Source: Planctomycetota bacterium (GTDB taxonomy: Bacteria > Planctomycetota > UBA1135 > UBA2386). Taken from it: a DNA stretch of 64,000 bases. Below are positions 58,640 through 64,000 of the stretch, piece by piece (the first letter of the stretch is position 1; each line of letters starts with the position of its first letter). Below the pieces are notes generated by a model. The model was given only the letters and a program-made list of their open reading frames with translations, was not told the origin of the DNA and ran no database searches. A program made the position numbers and the translations under genes. The stretch spans positions 160,001-224,000 of the forward strand of contig CANMWZ010000003.1 in assembly GCA_947501605.1 (NCBI GenBank), read 5' to 3'.

Positions 58640-60076
58640 TCAGCCGAGCAGTCGTCGCGACAGATCCGTCTGCAGCATCCCTCGCGGATCGACTCGATGC
58701 TTCAAGGCGCGGAAGGTGCTCACCGCTTCCGCTCCGTGAATGCGCGGGAACGACGACGCGAGCAGCATGGCGTCTTTGGCGTAGTAGAAGCGCCCGCCGA
58801 CGTCCAGCACGGCCTCACTGAGACGTTGGCACAGCGACCACAGCGCGGCCCGCTTCCGCGGACTGGTGGACACCGCGAAGTCCATGGCCATGGAATAGCC
58901 ATCGACCGAGTGCGTCATGAGGAAGGGATCAGGACGGTGCCGCTTCAGGACCCCGAGATAGGGCACCATCGAAGCCTCGTGGCACCGCTCGACCAGGGTC
59001 CGAAGCACCCGCTCTGCGTGCGCCTTCGGCACGAACGGTTGGAACTGGATGAGGCCGCCGGGCTTTGTCATCCAGTGCCAACGCGGCACGTAGTCGAGCA
59101 AGAAGTGGAAGGCACAGTGGCTCTGCAGGTATGGCGACTTGCGTTGTTCGCTCGGGCCAGCCTTGAACTTCAGGGCATTGACGAGCCCGACCTGGCCGAG
59201 CTTCACCGCACCCCACATGCCGGGCCACAGCCACCCTTTGGGCACCACGCCGAAGAGCGTCGTCGGCACGTCTTGCAAGATGGGATCGAAGTAGCGGACA
59301 CCCTCGGGATCCGCGCCGGGCTGCATCTGGTCCGCTCGATGCAGCACACCGCGGCCAAGCTCGGCCCCCCGTGCGTGCAAATCGATCCAGCTCACCAGGT
59401 AGTCCGCCTCGGTCTGCATCTCTTCGAGGAGCTCCAAGTTCTGCCCCAGGTCCTTGGCAACGATCGCGGAAACGCTGAGGCGCCCCGAGTGCACGCGCTT
59501 CATCTCGAGCTCGAGTTCGAGGAAGCAGCCGAACATGCCAAAGCCCGAGATCGCGGCGAAGAACAGATCCTGATTTTGCTCGCGCGTGCAGCGCGCCGTC
59601 GACCCATCGGGAAGCAACAGAGTGAAGGCGCGGATGCACTCGCCGAACGACCCGACCGCAAAGTTGTTCTTGCCGTGGATGTTCATCGCAGCAGCACCGC
59701 CGATGGACACCTGCATCGTTCCAGGAACGACCTTGGGCCAGAATCCGAACTGGATCGCGTGCCGCCACAGATCGCGGATTGTCACGCCGGGCTCGACGCG
59801 AGCGATCCCGTGGATGGGGTCAAACGACAGGATCCGGTTCATGCGCGACAGGTCGAGCACATGGCCGCCGTTGTTCTGCGCCGCATCCCCATAACTGCAG
59901 CCGGAGCCTCGCAGCGCCAGACTGCCGCCGCTTTTGCGCACCTCCTCGAATGCGAGCGCGACGCCCTCGGCATTCGCTGGACGCACGACACGGGCACGGC
60001 TGCGAACAGCCATCCCCCAGCCCCGCACTTCCTCGTCGTTCCAGCCCAGTGTCATGTTGGTTCCGTCCAGAGCCAC
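58640..60076 (-). CDS. DprE1-like FAD-dependent oxidoreductase
   Basis: RGSGCSYGDAAQN, PGT..VSIGGA...IHGKN, GGRFYYAKD and DP....QTDLSRRL match mycobacterial DprE1 motifs. Confidence 0.88.
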   Translation of the reverse strand: MALDGTNMTLGWNDEEVRGWGMAVRSRARVVRPANAEGVALAFEEVRKSGGSLALRGSGCSYGDAAQNNGGHVLDLSRMNRILSFDPIHGIARVEPGVTIRDLWRHAIQFGFWPKVVPGTMQVSIGGAAAMNIHGKNNFAVGSFGECIRAFTLLLPDGSTARCTREQNQDLFFAAISGFGMFGCFLELELEMKRVHSGRLSVSAIVAKDLGQNLELLEEMQTEADYLVSWIDLHARGAELGRGVLHRADQMQPGADPEGVRYFDPILQDVPTTLFGVVPKGWLWPGMWGAVKLGQVGLVNALKFKAGPSEQRKSPYLQSHCAFHFLLDYVPRWHWMTKPGGLIQFQPFVPKAHAERVLRTLVERCHEASMVPYLGVLKRHRPDPFLMTHSVDGYSMAMDFAVSTSPRKRAALWSLCQRLSEAVLDVGGRFYYAKDAMLLASSFPRIHGAEAVSTFRALKHRVDPRGMLQTDLSRRLLG

Positions 60077-60826
60077 TCAGATCGACAAACGACGGAACAC
60101 GACCGAAGGGATGTTGCGGATCACGAACATGATCGCTCGCCATTTCCATGGCACGTAGACGATCGATCGTCTGCCATCGCGCGCACGCAGCACCAGTTCG
60201 GCGGCGCTGTCTGCACTGATCGCGCCCTTCAACTTCAAGTTCGAGGTCATCGGCGTCTCGACAAACCCGGGGCGGACCGTCGTGACTTGCACGCCGTGGC
60301 GCCACAAACGGTTTCGCAGACCCTCGAGGAAGGTATCCATCGCCGCCTTGCTGGCGTTGTAGCCTGGGCGCTGGCAACGACCGCGGTCCTGGGCCACCGA
60401 GCTGATGCCGACGATGCAGCCGTGCTTCTTCGGCAAGAATCGGCGCGCTGCCGCGTTGGCCCACGCCATGCAACCGAGAGCGTTGACTTGCAGCTGCAGT
60501 CGATCCTTGTCGAAGTCGAACTCATCGAGGGCGACTTGCGACATCACCCCGGCGACGTAGTGGAGTTCGTCGACGGCACCGAGTTCCGCTTCGATCCTGG
60601 CAAAGAGGGCCTCGACTTCATCGGCGTTGCAAGCATCGTGCACGAACGGGAACGCAGCCTTGCGTCCCAGGGCGTCGTCGATGCCCGCCGCCATCGCAGT
60701 GAGTTCGTCATGCCGACGCGCCAGCATCGCGACCTTGCGACCCTGAAGACACAGCCGACGAGCAAGGGCCACGCCGATGCCGGAGCTGGCGCCCACCACA
60801 ATGCAAACTCCACCGCGCGTAGTCAT
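60077..60826 (-). CDS. DprE2-like short-chain dehydrogenase/reductase
   Basis: VGASSGIG, ISSVAQDRGR, YNASKAA and VRPGFVETPMT; its stop abuts the DprE1-like start. Confidence 0.85.
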   Translation of the reverse strand: MTTRGGVCIVVGASSGIGVALARRLCLQGRKVAMLARRHDELTAMAAGIDDALGRKAAFPFVHDACNADEVEALFARIEAELGAVDELHYVAGVMSQVALDEFDFDKDRLQLQVNALGCMAWANAAARRFLPKKHGCIVGISSVAQDRGRCQRPGYNASKAAMDTFLEGLRNRLWRHGVQVTTVRPGFVETPMTSNLKLKGAISADSAAELVLRARDGRRSIVYVPWKWRAIMFVIRNIPSVVFRRLSI

Positions 60827-60964
60827 CGTCTAGAGCAGACGCGGCGCATCCATAGAAAGCAAACTCGCCGATCGATGCCAGCCGGGTTCCGCTCGCCGCA
60901 CTGCCGCCCGCGGCAGAACACATCCTGGCGGGCTGGCAGTGATGGAGAGGCCTTGCAGCGGCGG

Positions 60965-63900
60965 TTAGCCGAAGCCGACGGCTTCTTCGCCGGCAATCCG
61001 CTGCTTGCGTGCCGGATCGGACTTGGCAACCACGGGGCCGCTGACCTGAAAGCTGTCGATCTCGCTGAGGGCAACCGCGATGCGTGAACTGACGCCTCGC
61101 CGCTGCATCGTGATGCCGTAGAGCGCCTGACATTCGGCCATCGTGCGCTTGTGGTGTGTGACGATGCAGAACTGGGTGTCCTGCGTGAAGTCACGCAGCA
61201 CGCGCAGGAAGCGCTCGACGTTGGTCTCGTCGAGGGCCGCGTCGACTTCGTCGAGGATGCAGAACGGCGAGGGGCGCACCTTGAACAGCGCGAACAGGAT
61301 CGCAACGGCCGTGAGTGAGCGCTCGCCACCGGACAGCAGGTTGATCGACTGCAACTGTTTGCCGGGAGGCTGCGCCACGATCTCGATGCCGGCTTCGAGC
61401 AGGTCCTCGGTCTCGTGCAGGAACATGTCCGCCTTGCCGCCCTGGAAGAGCTTGCGGAAGATGTCTTGGAAGTTCTTGCGGGCTTCCGCGAAGGTCTGCT
61501 CGAAGAGAGTCTTCGACTCGACTTCGAGCTTTCGCAACGTCTCCATCAGCGCGCGGCGCGCGTCCTTCAAGTCCTGCACCTCTTGTTCGAGCGTGCCGAA
61601 CTGACCTTCCTCCTGCGCCAGCTCAGCAACTGCGTCGACGTTGACGGCGCCGAGACGGTCCTTCTGGCTCTGCAGCACTTGGACCTCGCGCCGCGCTTCG
61701 ACCGGATTGAAGTCCGCGGACAGCCAGAGCCGAGCCATGCCGTAGTGGTGCCCGACGTAGCTTGGTGGAAGTGGCGGCCCCTGCAGGCAGTCGACGGCGT
61801 GAAGAGGCGGCGGCGGCCCGATCGCATCGTCCATGTACTCGATGCCGAGCCCACTGACGTCACCAAGGCAGCGCAGCAGCTCGATGCCGACATCTTCACG
61901 AAGACGGTCTTCCAATCGTTGGAAGCGATGTTCTTGCTCGACGGACTGCAGCCGGTGCTCGTTGAGCTGTTCACCGGCGGCGCGGAAACCCTGGTCGCAC
62001 TGCTGCAAGTCCTGTTGCGCTTGCCGATGTGCTTGGCGGGCGGCGTCGTGTTCGCCTTCCGCGGACTCGCGCCGACTCTCATGTTCGACGAGTTGGTCGT
62101 CGAGGGCGGCCACGAGATCCCGATAGCGCTGGGCCTCGGCTCCGGCGCGCGCGGCGTTGTCGATGTTCTGTTGCACCGAGTCCGCAAGGTCTTCGAGACC
62201 AGCATCGATCTCGCGCAGCGCGTCCTCGTGCATCCGGATCGCGCGCACGAGGCCCTCGCGAGTCTCCGTCAGCTTGGCCTGCTGCAGACGCAACTCTTGT
62301 TCGACCCTCGAGGCGGCATTCGCTGCCATCTCAGCCTGCACGATTCGGTCACTCAGGCTCGCTTCGGCCGCAGCGCGGTCTGCCTCGCGGCGGCTCAGCA
62401 AGTGCTGATCCATCAACGCACGACCAAGGAAGGCGAGTGCCCGAGCTGTCACGAGCGACAACTCGGCGGCCTCGACGGCCAACTCCGCCAGCTCGCGATC
62501 GATGTCGGCGGTGCGCGCGGCAACGCGGGTCAACTGACCTTCGGCAGCTTGGGCTTGGCGACGCGCTTCCTGAAGCGAACCGCCCAGCGCGCGCAGTTCG
62601 AGCTTGAGTCGGTCAACACGGGACACGGCGCGCTCCTTGCCATCCGCAAGTGCGAGCAAGCGCCCCTCCACCACCCCGGCCGATGCATGCAGGTCCTGGA
62701 TCTGTGAGCGACGAACGACCAGACCCGTATGGCCCTCGGCCGCTTCGCCACCTTCCAGACGCGGGCCGCACAGCAGCTGGCCCAGGACCGTCACAAAACA
62801 CAGATCCGCACGCCGGCTGTCCGCAACCTGAAGACTCGGAACGAGCACGACGCCACGCAGCAACCACGCCAACATCCGGCGACTCGGCTCGCTCGAACCC
62901 GACGGCCGCACGAGTTCGAGCAACGAACGCGCATCGGCCGGCAACGGCAACATCGAGGCGCCGGTGACTTCGGCAGTGAACTCCTCTTCGACCAGGAGCA
63001 ACACACGGCCAAGTCGCTTGGCTTCCAACTCGGCAACGATCGCCGCAGCGTTCTGTCGCGTATCGACGACGAGTGCCTGGACGTAGGAGCCCAACGCCGC
63101 TTCGAGCGCGGTGCTGTAGTGCAGATCGATCTCCAAGAGATCCACCAGGCGACCGCGCAGTCCTTGCGGCTTCTGCGCCAGGACGTGCTTGGGCCCCTGA
63201 TCGAGGCCCTCGAGCTGTGCTTCCATGGCCGACAGCGCCTGCCGGCGGCCATCGAGTTGCGACCACTCTCGCCGCAACTCGGATTCGTGCTGCGCCAGCT
63301 CTGCAGCGGTCGCATCCGCAGCTTGGAGGTCCAGGAGAGCCCGCGCTTCGCGCTCCTGCAGAATGCGCTCGCGCGTTTGCACGTGCCGCAATTCGGCGCC
63401 GAAGGTGTCCCGTTGCGCACGCAGAGTCTCGGACTCCGTCGAAACCGCGACTTGGCGCTCGCTGAGCTTGCTACCACGCGCGCGCGCCGACGCGATCTTT
63501 GCCTCTTGGTCGACGGCTGAGTTGCGGGCACGTGCCCGCGCGTGCAACAGACCGAGAAGTTCGGAACGGATCGCCTCGCGCTGCTGGGCTTGCGCGCGAA
63601 GTTCGTGTTGGCAGTCGCTCGCGACGCGGCGTTGCTCTTCCAGTTCTCGATGCAGCTCGATGAGAGCCGCTTCGCGCGCGGTGAGGTCATCGCGCGTCGA
63701 CTCGAGTGCTGTCCCTCGCTCCATTCGCTGGCTCGCAAGGTTCTGCCCGCGCAGACGACCGCGATCGGCCTCGGCTTCGAGGTCTCGCTGTCGCTGCCCC
63801 TGAGCCTGCGCTCGTTCGGCCTGCGTGTTGCATTCGTTGCGGCAGCGATGGAGCTCGGACCGGACGGATTCGAGCGCCTCGGCGCAGAGCGCGATGGCGG

Positions 63901-64000
63901 CATCGCCTTGCGCCACGCTTTCGACGCAGCCTTCACGACGCTCGGCCGCGGCATCGACTGCGGCTTCGAGCTCGAACAGCTTCTGGCGCTGCTCGTGCAA
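60965..64000 (-). CDS. smc: Chromosome segregation protein SMC (5'-truncated by window edge)
   Basis: Long coiled coils, hinge (LEAALG..QALVV), LGAVN, PPGK..LLSGGE, PFCILDEVDAALD and IVTH.K.TM. Confidence 0.96.
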   Translation of the reverse strand: MHEQRQKLFELEAAVDAAAERREGCVESVAQGDAAIALCAEALESVRSELHRCRNECNTQAERAQAQGQRQRDLEAEADRGRLRGQNLASQRMERGTALESTRDDLTAREAALIELHRELEEQRRVASDCQHELRAQAQQREAIRSELLGLLHARARARNSAVDQEAKIASARARGSKLSERQVAVSTESETLRAQRDTFGAELRHVQTRERILQEREARALLDLQAADATAAELAQHESELRREWSQLDGRRQALSAMEAQLEGLDQGPKHVLAQKPQGLRGRLVDLLEIDLHYSTALEAALGSYVQALVVDTRQNAAAIVAELEAKRLGRVLLLVEEEFTAEVTGASMLPLPADARSLLELVRPSGSSEPSRRMLAWLLRGVVLVPSLQVADSRRADLCFVTVLGQLLCGPRLEGGEAAEGHTGLVVRRSQIQDLHASAGVVEGRLLALADGKERAVSRVDRLKLELRALGGSLQEARRQAQAAEGQLTRVAARTADIDRELAELAVEAAELSLVTARALAFLGRALMDQHLLSRREADRAAAEASLSDRIVQAEMAANAASRVEQELRLQQAKLTETREGLVRAIRMHEDALREIDAGLEDLADSVQQNIDNAARAGAEAQRYRDLVAALDDQLVEHESRRESAEGEHDAARQAHRQAQQDLQQCDQGFRAAGEQLNEHRLQSVEQEHRFQRLEDRLREDVGIELLRCLGDVSGLGIEYMDDAIGPPPPLHAVDCLQGPPLPPSYVGHHYGMARLWLSADFNPVEARREVQVLQSQKDRLGAVNVDAVAELAQEEGQFGTLEQEVQDLKDARRALMETLRKLEVESKTLFEQTFAEARKNFQDIFRKLFQGGKADMFLHETEDLLEAGIEIVAQPPGKQLQSINLLSGGERSLTAVAILFALFKVRPSPFCILDEVDAALDETNVERFLRVLRDFTQDTQFCIVTHHKRTMAECQALYGITMQRRGVSSRIAVALSEIDSFQVSGPVVAKSDPARKQRIAGEEAVGFG

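Noticed and set aside
58634..61087. 817-aa plus-strand ORF
   Set aside because: Antisense shadow of the DprE1/DprE2-like genes and the smc end; no motifs, and expected from GC-rich codon bias.

Overview
GC-rich, gene-dense bacterial chromosome segment. It is most likely from Planctomycetota, inferred from two planctomycete-type cytochrome c/LRR proteins, a DUF1549/DUF1553 + DUF1501 pair and a PVC-type heme-binding dehydrogenase. It holds about 53 CDS and one tRNA-Pro(CGG). I saw no integrase, transposase or CRISPR array. Recognisable content: fbp, nucleoside salvage (nupC, PNP, cdd, deoC), fdhD, mog, sdhCAB, miaE, a pst operon, type III glutamine synthetase, mgtE, cystathionine beta-synthase, rpoN, efp, larC, a DprE1/DprE2-like pair and the 3' part of smc. 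The most striking system is the phosphate locus. It has 11-bp-phased TTAAC-type boxes upstream of pstS and a PhoU fused to a catalytically dead LMW-PTP/ArsC-like domain. Its two PstB paralogues carry exactly complementary motif losses, predicting one working and one degenerate ATP site. Other leads: an EF-P with a PGNWR tip, an unknown Arg-rich protein with a possible RNase-like C-terminus, a radical SAM/oxidoreductase/cytochrome-LRR-YHS cluster, a degenerate exported CYTH-like protein, three candidate sigma-54 promoters and two intergenic tandem-repeat tracts. All calls come from motif recognition by eye; no database search was run. Many start codons were trimmed from the ORF track and are estimates.
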